DNA of 64,000 nucleotides from Candidatus Wolframiiraptor sinensis (GTDB lineage: Archaea > Thermoproteota > Nitrososphaeria_A > Caldarchaeales > Wolframiiraptoraceae). A program made the translations under genes and the position numbers. The notes under the pieces are model-generated. The model made no database searches. It saw nothing but the letters and a program-made list of their open reading frames with translations, and had not been told where the DNA came from. The number at the start of each line of letters is the position of its first letter. Positions within the stretch are counted from its first letter, which is position 1. The stretch spans positions 97,347-161,346 of the forward strand of contig JALNKA010000001.1 in assembly GCA_023261815.1 (NCBI GenBank), in the 5' to 3' direction. Below, piece after piece: positions 56,417 to 64,000 of this stretch.

Positions 56417-57457
56417 ATGTGGTTGATGGCGAGGATCACGATTAGATTCGAGTGCATGGTTGAGCTTGGTGGAAGGCCTGTTCTCGACCGGCTCTCCGCG
56501 CAGGTTCTCAGGGCCATAGATGAGCGGCTCTCGATAATCGCGGCATCCAGGGCTCTCGGAATACCATACACGAGCATATGGGAGATAATCTCGAGGATCG
56601 AGAGGCTTGCCGGCGGCCGTATAGTTATCGCTAGAAGAGGTGGGCTGGGCGGTGGAGGCGCCAGATTAACCGCCCTCGGGAGAAGGCTTCTCAACGCATA
56701 TGAGGAGGGGGTTAGGATGCTCGCGACCGCCGGACTCCACGCGCCGCTGCACCCTTCATCGAGCCCGCAGCTTCTCATGGCCCATAGCAGCGACCCGCTT
56801 CTTGACATGATTCTAGAGAGGCTTTCGCATGAGGGCTGCTCGGCGAGATGCTTCTGCGTGGGCTCCGGCTTATCGCTCGCCATGCTCTCCCTCGAGGAGG
56901 CCGATGTCGCGGGAATACACCTCTACGACCCCCAAACTGGGTCATATAATGAGCCGTATCTCGAGAGATTCTGGCTCCGGGATAAGGTTGCGAGGCTCGG
57001 CGGATATGAGAGGCAGCTCGTCATGGCGTATGGCGAGCGGGTGAGAGCGAGAAGCCTAGACGAGATCTTGAAGGCCCTTCTCTCGGGGGAGCTGAGACTC
57101 GCGAACCGGAATCGGGGCTCCGGGACGAGGATCCTTATCGACCACCTCCTCGAGCAGGCTGGAAAAAATGTCGGCGCTGACCCGAGGCGCGTTAGGGGAT
57201 ATGAGAAGGAGCATTACACGCATGAGGAGGTTGCGAGGAGTATTGCGTCCGGAGACGCTGACGCCGGGTTGCTGCTGAGATGCGTGGCGGACGAGCATGA
57301 TCTCCCATGGATGCACGTCGCGTGGGAGCGCTACGAGTACTATGCCCTGAGGTCCCGAGCTGGAGGAGAGGGGGTTCAGAGGCTGAAGCAGATCCTTGAG
57401 TCGAGCTGGCTCGACGACGCGCTTTCATCAAAACCCGGATACAGAAAAATTGATTGA
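56417..57457 (+). CDS. ModE-like regulator: N-terminal ModE/LysR-type HTH plus a C-terminal periplasmic-binding-protein-like domain
   Basis: LSAQVLRAIDERLSIIAASRALGIPYTSIWEIISRIE (ModE N-domain), then a PBP-like domain. Confidence 0.6.
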   Translation: MWLMARITIRFECMVELGGRPVLDRLSAQVLRAIDERLSIIAASRALGIPYTSIWEIISRIERLAGGRIVIARRGGLGGGGARLTALGRRLLNAYEEGVRMLATAGLHAPLHPSSSPQLLMAHSSDPLLDMILERLSHEGCSARCFCVGSGLSLAMLSLEEADVAGIHLYDPQTGSYNEPYLERFWLRDKVARLGGYERQLVMAYGERVRARSLDEILKALLSGELRLANRNRGSGTRILIDHLLEQAGKNVGADPRRVRGYEKEHYTHEEVARSIASGDADAGLLLRCVADEHDLPWMHVAWERYEYYALRSRAGGEGVQRLKQILESSWLDDALSSKPGYRKID

Positions 57458-57471
57458 AGGTGGAGAGGGCC

Positions 57472-58515
57472 CTAGTAGAGTCTCGGCTTAGGTATTCTCA
57501 GGAATCTCCTGATTCCAGCGAGCACCTCGCTCTTCCCGCCGATGAGTGCTATCAGGTCGTATGCGGCTTTAGCGATGATCTTGCCGGAAATGCTTATGCT
57601 CGGCGCCAGCTGGAGCTCTATCTCGCCGAACCTTATGTCGGGGAAAGCCTCAGGCCCTGAGTTATATGATTGAATTGCGGCTCTAGGCAGGTTTGGATCC
57701 CGCTTCGGCACATCAAGGCAATCATCCTGGCTTGAGGGGATATCGCGGCTTCTGAGAATGAGCGCTGACCACTCCCTTTTCCCGATCCTCGCAACGTAGG
57801 CTATGGCGCCCAGCTCGGGATCCCTGAGATCCTCCGGCTTAACCCCGAGCTTCGAGACATACTGCCCATCTATCTTGAATGAGATGTGATCGCTCGAAAC
57901 CCTCAGCCTATCTCTGGGGATCTCGACGAAGTAGTGTATCGGCTCAGCCCTCCTCTTCACGGGAACTAGAGCTGTTCCTGTGCCCACCCCGCTCACCGGA
58001 ACCTGGGCCAAAACCCATGGATTCACCCTAACAGGATACTCGCCGACCAAGGCATCAATGATTCTAAGCCTCATGAATCCCTTCCTCGACTCGAGGAGCC
58101 TGATCTCTCGGCGGACCTGAGCCTCAAGCCGCGCTCCGAGAAGATTATCATCGGCGCGAATCCGCCCCTCTAGCACAGCCCTCCCAGAATCCACCTCGAT
58201 AATCCTGTGCTCTCCGGGATCTATTCCCTCGGGGCAGAACCATTCCTCAAAGGTCTCAGGCTTCTTGTAGAAGAAGTTCCTCTCAGGGGAGATCCAGAGT
58301 CTGAGCCCGCCAGTGTTCCACTCATTCCTCGATAGCACGCTCTCCAACTTGGGATTAACCCATAGTAGATTGGGCGATGAATCGAGGAAGATGCCCAGCA
58401 CCCTAGCTCCCCTCTCGCATACGACGATCCTACAATTCTTATCATGGAGAACAGCGCTCTTGGAGAACCGATCGATTACCCCGACGAGCTCCTCCAAGCT
58501 AATCGACTCGCTCAT
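57472..58515 (-). CDS. hypothetical protein (347 aa)
   Basis: Long ORF with coding-like composition; no family recognised. Confidence 0.4.
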   Translation of the reverse strand: MSESISLEELVGVIDRFSKSAVLHDKNCRIVVCERGARVLGIFLDSSPNLLWVNPKLESVLSRNEWNTGGLRLWISPERNFFYKKPETFEEWFCPEGIDPGEHRIIEVDSGRAVLEGRIRADDNLLGARLEAQVRREIRLLESRKGFMRLRIIDALVGEYPVRVNPWVLAQVPVSGVGTGTALVPVKRRAEPIHYFVEIPRDRLRVSSDHISFKIDGQYVSKLGVKPEDLRDPELGAIAYVARIGKREWSALILRSRDIPSSQDDCLDVPKRDPNLPRAAIQSYNSGPEAFPDIRFGEIELQLAPSISISGKIIAKAAYDLIALIGGKSEVLAGIRRFLRIPKPRLY

Positions 58516-58665
58516 ACCTACACTGGCTGGAGCTATAGCTCATAAATTAATTTTAATTTCATCATGAGCGTCATCCACAGCGCTAATTGATGCTGCCTAA
58601 TACCCCGAAATCCATTAAACGCATAAGTTTTTAAACAATCACCTCAAAGGTCTTGATGAGAGGGC

Positions 58666-59103
58666 GTGAGCATCTTCCAGAAATTTGCGAAAAAGTATTT
58701 CGATGAATCTTTGAGGGATCTCGAGAGAGCTAAAAGAGCGTTCATGATCGAAGACTACCCTCAAGCAGTCTTCTACGCTCAGCAATCGCTGGAGAAGGGC
58801 GTCAAGGCGATGCTGGAGGTGAGGAGGCGCATCGTATACAATCATGGCCCCGAGCTGATAGGGGTATTCGCTGAGGTATTCGAGAGCGAGTGGCGACGGG
58901 AATTCGATCACATTATGGAGGCTCTCGAGTATCTCATGGAGTATTATACTAGGGCTAGATATCCATTCTTGATGAGGGGTGAGGTGCTGGGGCCGGATGA
59001 TATCGTGACGAGGAGTGTGGCCGAGAGGGGAATCGCGCTGGCGGAGAGGGCGCTGGAGGTGGTGCGAGATTATCTCGCGAGAAGAGGCATTATCGGCGGT
59101 TGA
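58666..59103 (+). CDS. HEPN-domain protein (toxin-antitoxin-type)
   Basis: HEPN fold with a C-terminal R-x4-H-like region (YYTRARY). Paired with the MNT gene. Confidence 0.7.
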   Translation: MSIFQKFAKKYFDESLRDLERAKRAFMIEDYPQAVFYAQQSLEKGVKAMLEVRRRIVYNHGPELIGVFAEVFESEWRREFDHIMEALEYLMEYYTRARYPFLMRGEVLGPDDIVTRSVAERGIALAERALEVVRDYLARRGIIGG

Positions 59104-59107
59104 GAGG

Positions 59108-59569
59108 GTGCTGGAGGCGAGAGGCAAGCGCTTAAAATCTCTCGTGATATTTGGAAGTAGCATCTACAGTCCATTGAAAGCGAGAGACGTGGATTTGCTC
59201 GTGGTCACCGATAGAATAGCTGATGCCGACGAGAAATGTGCTCTCGAGTTTGAGATTGCTAGAGCGCTGAGAGCGGTACATCCTAAAATGCCGATTGACA
59301 TAATAGTATTTGATGAGTGCTCCTTCAGGGAAAATTTGGAGCCAGGCACCTTGCTATCAGGCCTAATAGCCGGCTATGAGATCATTTATGACGAGCTGGG
59401 ATTGAATGACTTAATCGTCGAGCTCGCGAAGAGCATTGCCAGCAGCGAGTACATAGTGCAGAAGAGCGGGAAAAGAATAAACTTATCAGCTCTTGCTAGA
59501 GCGAGACTCAGAGCGTTGGGCGCGGGATTCGCAGAAAAGCGCGAGCAGGATGAGATTCATCAAGACTGA
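59108..59569 (+). CDS. minimal nucleotidyltransferase (MNT); the start is uncertain (GTG 59108, or an upstream overlap from 59015)
   Basis: GSSIYSPLKARDVDLLVV nucleotidyltransferase motif. Confidence 0.65.
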   Translation: MLEARGKRLKSLVIFGSSIYSPLKARDVDLLVVTDRIADADEKCALEFEIARALRAVHPKMPIDIIVFDECSFRENLEPGTLLSGLIAGYEIIYDELGLNDLIVELAKSIASSEYIVQKSGKRINLSALARARLRALGAGFAEKREQDEIHQD

Positions 59570-59574
59570 TTTCG

Positions 59575-60333
59575 CTAAATCTGGTCGGGGGGAACCTTGT
59601 CCGGCGCGTGAGCGACCCTATACTTCAGGCCGTACTTCTTTAGTCTCTCGACGACATGCGGGTAGAGTATGAGCTCCTCTATCTCCGCCTCCTCCGCCAG
59701 CTTCTCATCTATCTCGGCGAGCCTGATCATAAGCTCCTTTAAGCTCTCCTCTGTCGAGAATGATGTCATTATTGATGGGTGGCAGCTCACTCCAGCCTTA
59801 AGCAGGTTTTTCAGAGAATTCAGCTGAAGATCGAATCCTCTCGGATCCGCTCCCGTGAGCATGTGGAACTCGTTCTCATTGCATCCCTTTAGGGATACCC
59901 TGACATGGAGAAAGTCATAGCCGGATAACCGGGACGCATAGCCCTCGTCATGGCCTATCAGGATGCCGTTGGTTTCGAGTATGAATAACAACCCTTTTCC
60001 GGAAAGCTGGTCTAGAACTCTCAGCAGGTGCTCCCTGCCTATCGTCGGCTCGCCGCCGCTGATCCTGGCCTGGCTGACACCCCTGCTCCTAGAGAGGCTG
60101 AGAAGCCTAGTAGCAACATCCTCGGGCTCATGGAATGCTCCAACCTTGAGCGGCCTCAATCTAACATTATCTGATACCCAGCAGAATTTGCAGAAGAGTC
60201 CGCATCCGACGCAGTCCGCGGTCACTATGCCGCCATACCATCTATCGACGCGAAACCTGTAGTATTTTCTCTCATAGCCCCTCGCGACGTGCTTCTCGAG
60301 CATTAGATGGGTTTTCACGGGATCATAGCCCAC
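59575..60333 (-). CDS. radical SAM protein
   Basis: CGLFCKFC (C-x3-C-x2-C) motif plus the glycine-rich SAM region. Confidence 0.7.
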   Translation of the reverse strand: MGYDPVKTHLMLEKHVARGYERKYYRFRVDRWYGGIVTADCVGCGLFCKFCWVSDNVRLRPLKVGAFHEPEDVATRLLSLSRSRGVSQARISGGEPTIGREHLLRVLDQLSGKGLLFILETNGILIGHDEGYASRLSGYDFLHVRVSLKGCNENEFHMLTGADPRGFDLQLNSLKNLLKAGVSCHPSIMTSFSTEESLKELMIRLAEIDEKLAEEAEIEELILYPHVVERLKKYGLKYRVAHAPDKVPPDQI

Positions 60334-60448
60334 GGGGAAACTTGATAAGCATGCATGCTATTTATCTTTCTCCAACGCGGGATCAATAATGAGCAGCGCA
60401 TGAAACTCTCAAAAGCTCCCTAACGAGCTCATCATTAATGGAGCGGCG

Positions 60449-61477
60449 TTGGAGCTGATCATCGATTGCGGCGATTACAGCCTGAAGAACTCGCTCACAC
60501 CATCATTCATCTCGAGCCTATATGAGAGCATCAGACCCGATGCGTGGATTAAGGTTGCTGGCAGGCTCGGCGGCAAGCTGAAGATTGAGCAGAGAGGGAG
60601 AAGGCTCATAATAACATCAACGGCCGAGATCTCCAGGGATGAGCTGGAAAGATTGGCTCTATTCGAGTCCGGATTATGGCGCGAGGAGTTCGAGAGCGGC
60701 ATCAGCAAGTTTCCCCCGAGCTTCAGGGATGCTGTGGAGGCTCTGGCGAAGACTTACCCCGGCGTAAGAATACCGATAGCTCCATGGGATTTCGACTACA
60801 TCCTAGTGGCGGTCCTACTCTCCAAGAGGGCGAACTACGAGATGGTCAGGAGATGGTGCAGAAAGCTCTGGAAAGCATTTGGAGATAATTTGCACAACTT
60901 ATCCTCAGCAGGATCATCAATCTTGAGGAGGATTACTCGTAGCTATCAGCTCGAGGATGCGGCGAGGTCCCTGAGGGACTTGATGAGATTGATGAAGGAG
61001 CCCAGGAGAATTCACAGCGAGATCATCCGGAGATTCGGCGCTCCGCGGGAGCCCCTTTCCGAATACCTGCTGAGCCTGCCACCCGAGATCGCGAGGATTA
61101 TTCTGCTCTCGGCCTGGGGCATCGGGCCGAAGGTTGCTGACTCGACGATACTCTCGACATTCAAAGCCCCACACTTCATACCATGTGATGTTCATCTGAG
61201 AATTTTCGTCGAGAGGTTGTCGCTGGTAGAGGATTTCAAGATGCCCGAGAAGGCTCTTTGCAGGAGATTCCTGTGCGGCGATGAGGGCGCTTGGGGTCTC
61301 GCTCCATGCTCCAGCCGGAGATGCCTACGAGCAATTCTCAGGCCTCTTGGCGACCTCGGAGGATGGATTCAAACACTTATTTACCTCCATGGGAAGGAGT
61401 ATTGTAGATCTGTGAAGCCGCGGTGCGGCGAGTGCCCCTTGAGAAGATTGTGCTCGAGTTCTAGTAGGGCCCCCTAG
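60449..61477 (+). CDS. HhH-GPD DNA glycosylase (endonuclease III-like) with a 4Fe-4S cluster loop and a ~100 aa N-terminal extension
   Basis: HhH region with a GIGPKVAD-type motif, and C-x6-C-x2-C-x5-C (CRSVKPRCGECPLRRLC). Confidence 0.65.
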   Translation: MELIIDCGDYSLKNSLTPSFISSLYESIRPDAWIKVAGRLGGKLKIEQRGRRLIITSTAEISRDELERLALFESGLWREEFESGISKFPPSFRDAVEALAKTYPGVRIPIAPWDFDYILVAVLLSKRANYEMVRRWCRKLWKAFGDNLHNLSSAGSSILRRITRSYQLEDAARSLRDLMRLMKEPRRIHSEIIRRFGAPREPLSEYLLSLPPEIARIILLSAWGIGPKVADSTILSTFKAPHFIPCDVHLRIFVERLSLVEDFKMPEKALCRRFLCGDEGAWGLAPCSSRRCLRAILRPLGDLGGWIQTLIYLHGKEYCRSVKPRCGECPLRRLCSSSSRAP

Positions 61478-61478
61478 T

Positions 61479-61871
61479 TCATGGCAGGGATACTTGGAGG
61501 AACTCATCCTTCGCGGAATGCTTTCTCAGGATCTCGGCCATTTTCACAGCCGCTGCTAGGAGCATCTCATATAGTTCTCCGGCGCTTATCCCAGCATCCT
61601 CGCACCTCTCCTCATCCAATGAGTATGGAGCTCTAACCCATATCGTTAAGATCTCACCAATGATTGCCACTCTGAGATGCGGGAGGCCCATGACGGCCAT
61701 CTCGCGCGATGGCATTAGAGCATAGCCCTCAGCCCTCTTCTCGGGATTCAGGCCGGCGGATCTTCCCGCCTCCAGAATTTCCTCGGTGATTTCCTCGACG
61801 CGCTCCGGCGAGGCTTTCAGCGTTATGTGAATCCTCGCCAGCCCATCCCTCATCTCCTCAATTCCGCTCAT
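61479..61871 (-). CDS. hypothetical protein
   Basis: 130-aa ORF; no family recognised. Confidence 0.4.
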   Translation of the reverse strand: MSGIEEMRDGLARIHITLKASPERVEEITEEILEAGRSAGLNPEKRAEGYALMPSREMAVMGLPHLRVAIIGEILTIWVRAPYSLDEERCEDAGISAGELYEMLLAAAVKMAEILRKHSAKDEFLQVSLP

Positions 61872-61895
61872 CTCGCAGACGTCCTCCAGAGCATT

Positions 61896-62159
61896 TTAGC
61901 CCTGCTGCATCTGAAATCTGAGCTTATTGAGGTCGGGGTCTCCGCTAAACACCCTCATCAAAGCATACAGGTGATCTGTTGAGATGAATTTCTCCAGGCT
62001 TGCCTCGCTTTTTCCGAGATCCGCCTTGTATCTCGTCTCCACCCTTATCAATCCTCTTTCGGCGAGCAGCTTCTCAGCGGCGGGCAAGGCTGATGCGGCC
62101 TTGCCCATCTCCTCCAAGCTCATACCTCTAATGCCCCATAAGCAGGTTAGAGTATCCAT
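61896..62159 (-). CDS. hypothetical protein
   Basis: 87-aa ORF in the same frame as 61479..61871, separated by a single TAA. Confidence 0.35.
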   Translation of the reverse strand: MDTLTCLWGIRGMSLEEMGKAASALPAAEKLLAERGLIRVETRYKADLGKSEASLEKFISTDHLYALMRVFSGDPDLNKLRFQMQQG

Positions 62160-62351
62160 TAGATCGCTCTCCCACGCGGATCCATAGAGCAGTAAAAGGG
62201 CTCTTAGATATCCGCGGCCGTGCGCTCAACAACACCTCTGCCCTCAGATCCCAGAACCTCTCTTATAGCACGCTCCATCTCTCCGCTCATGCCTCTTCTC
62301 CCAGATTACCGGGATCTAAGCCCTTTTAAGTGTTTGGATGTCTCTAAGTCG

Positions 62352-63539
62352 TTAGGATGCATCGGTGTAATCCGTGAAGGTCCATGAGGCTCGATCCAGC
62401 AGTATCTCTCTGAGTATCCTTTTCGAGTATTCTGGCTCGAGCTGGAGCATTAGCGCAGCGAGGTGCTTGCAGAAGCTCAGCGCGTCCTTCATCCTCGCCC
62501 AGTCGGCGCAATCATGGATAATCATCTTCCTCTCCAGGTCTATGAAGACCTTGTATTCCTTGACTCTCGCTGATAAGATGTTCGCGGTCTTCTCCAGAAC
62601 CTCTATCTCCCCTCCGCCCATCTCTCTAGCCCTCCTGAGCCTAGCCTCATTCGTCAGGAGCTTCAGCATCTCCTCGACGCTGTCCGGGATCCTCTCAGGC
62701 GGGAGCATTTGAGAGAGCTTGGGATGCTCCGCGGCGCCGCGCCTCAGATTCTCCTCCACTTTCTCGAGAACCCTCCTCTGAGCCGGAGTTATTATCCCGA
62801 GTATCTCGAGCACCTGCAGGGCATCATGAACAGCATATCCCTTGAAATGATTATTGAAGTAGCCGTAGACGCTCTTCACCCTCACAGATACCTCGATTAT
62901 CCTGGGCTTCCAGGCCTCAAGCTCCTCCCTGCTATAATGGTAATAGTACCACGGTCTCTTCCCCCTGCCATGCCATCTCATGTAGGCGAAGTCGGCGGTG
63001 ATGTGTATCTCCGGCGGGAGAAGCGGCTCATCAACAATCGTGTAAGCGACATTATACCTAGACAGGATGCTCATCACATCGCTCCTCAACCACGACTCAT
63101 CCCTGAATTCTATGGCGAACTGGTATTCTCCTGGCAGCTCCGCGAGAAACTTCTCGAGAACATCAGCGCCCTCCTCGTACTCGAATTTCGGGGGCAGCTG
63201 GATGAGCAGGGGGCCGAGCTTCCCCGAATCCCTCAGGGGCCTCAGCAGATCAAGAAACCTGGCCAAGTCCTTCAGAGCGCCCTTCCCCGGATCAAGCTTC
63301 TTCTCATGCGTTATGATGGAAGGTATCTTCGCCGCAAATATGAATCCTCTTGGGGTGTGCCGCGCGAGCCCCTCAACGACCTTGAGATCCGGATAGGAGT
63401 AGAAGGTCGAATCCATCTCAGCGGTATCGAAGACGCTGCAGTATTTCTGGAGCTTACTCTCCTCCCGCTCGTAGAATACTCCCTCCCAGTCCCTGTAGCT
63501 CCAGCCGCTCGTCCCTATTCTGATCAAGCCTGGTATCAC
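62352..63539 (-). CDS. DUF72 family protein with a ~140-aa C-terminal extension
   Basis: IGTSGWSYRDW...FYSYP DUF72 motifs, then an extra helical C-terminal domain. Confidence 0.75.
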   Translation of the reverse strand: MIPGLIRIGTSGWSYRDWEGVFYEREESKLQKYCSVFDTAEMDSTFYSYPDLKVVEGLARHTPRGFIFAAKIPSIITHEKKLDPGKGALKDLARFLDLLRPLRDSGKLGPLLIQLPPKFEYEEGADVLEKFLAELPGEYQFAIEFRDESWLRSDVMSILSRYNVAYTIVDEPLLPPEIHITADFAYMRWHGRGKRPWYYYHYSREELEAWKPRIIEVSVRVKSVYGYFNNHFKGYAVHDALQVLEILGIITPAQRRVLEKVEENLRRGAAEHPKLSQMLPPERIPDSVEEMLKLLTNEARLRRAREMGGGEIEVLEKTANILSARVKEYKVFIDLERKMIIHDCADWARMKDALSFCKHLAALMLQLEPEYSKRILREILLDRASWTFTDYTDAS

Positions 63540-63616
63540 GGGTTGGAATCCGAATCCACGAGATATAAATTTCCGGGATGACCCTTGAGATGTTAGAGCC
63601 TGCGGGATGCGCGAGG

Positions 63617-64000
63617 CATGGCAGAGATAATAATCGGATGTGGGGGATGGAGCTACTTCCAGGCGTTGGGCGTGGATCCGCTGAAGCTCTATTCGCTGGC
63701 ATTCAGGTTCGTCGAGGTGAACTCCACGTTCTACAATCTACCGGACGTGGGGACAGTGGCCGCTTGGAGGAGAAGGGTTCCAAGCAGCTTCGAGTTCTCG
63801 GTGAAGGCCAATAGACTCATCACGCACAAGTGGAGGCTGACTCCATCGAGCCAGCTCATAGAGCTGCTGCAAAGGCATCTCGAGCTGTGCGGAATCCTGA
63901 GATCTAGGATAATAGTGCTGGAGGTTCCGAGAAGAGTGCACTTGAAGGAGATAGCGGTCAATCTCTCGAAGATACTTGATCAGGTGGATCTGGGGAATGT
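63617..64000 (+). CDS. DUF72 family protein, 5' portion only; runs off the window end
   Basis: Not in the supplied ORF list because no stop falls in the window. ATG at 63617 gives MAEIIIGCGGWSYFQALG...VEVNSTFYNLP, which has the DUF72 motifs. Confidence 0.6.

Noticed and set aside
1-64000. CRISPR arrays, IS elements or integrases, rRNA genes
   Set aside because: There are no short direct-repeat arrays. No transposase, integrase or recombinase-like ORFs are present. No 16S/23S-like conserved stretches, such as an anti-SD-containing 3' end, were seen.

Overview
This 64 kb window is GC-rich (roughly 57%) archaeal chromosomal DNA. The gene content and the many leaderless, TATA-driven starts suggest a crenarchaeon of the Thermoproteales/Thermofilum type, but I cannot confirm this without a database search. 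The window is dominated by a hydrogenase island spanning about 19.4 to 49.6 kb:
- hypF and a group-3b sulfhydrogenase operon, hydB-hydG-hydD-hydA.
- An unusual NAD(P)-linked hybrid operon: nuoE-like, nuoF-like, a split HydA/HoxU-like iron-sulfur protein, a [NiFe] large subunit, and a [NiFe] small subunit fused to two ferredoxin motifs and a cysteine-depleted relic of the [FeFe]-hydrogenase H-cluster domain.
- hypE, hypD and two HycI-type maturation proteases.
- A 12-gene complex-I-like cluster (nuoABCDHIJ1J2K plus three antiporter-like subunits) whose NuoD homologue keeps the [NiFe]-binding cysteines, so it is a group-4 energy-converting hydrogenase.
- hypC, nikR, an FmdE-domain protein and a metal ABC importer, likely for nickel supply.
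Upstream of the island:
- A partial tmcA.
- A PiT phosphate transporter with its PhoU-like partner.
- A protein disulfide oxidoreductase, rps25e and a Trm5-family methyltransferase.
- A Tat-exported DUF362/NapG-like/NapH-like redox module.
- Two ribosomal-protein operon fragments (rpl22-rps3-rpl29 and rnp1-rps17-rpl14) separated by an oxidative-stress island (lrp, peroxiredoxin, a bacterioferritin-like gene, flavodiiron protein, sfsA).
- A GltD/SudA-like oxidoreductase, fibrillarin and glmS.
Downstream of the island:
- A methyltransferase, an EamA transporter, a ferritin-like protein and an ATP-cone protein.
- A tungstate/molybdate ABC transporter with a divergent ModE-like regulator.
- A HEPN/MNT toxin-antitoxin pair.
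- A radical-SAM protein and an HhH-GPD DNA glycosylase.
- Three DUF72 paralogues.
Several genes (pit, the bfr-like gene, hydB, a PhoU-domain gene) are interrupted by single-base frame disruptions next to short homopolymers. hydB also carries an in-frame TGA at a conserved tryptophan position. These are either assembly errors or real pseudogenisation. No rRNA, tRNA, CRISPR array or obvious mobile element was found.
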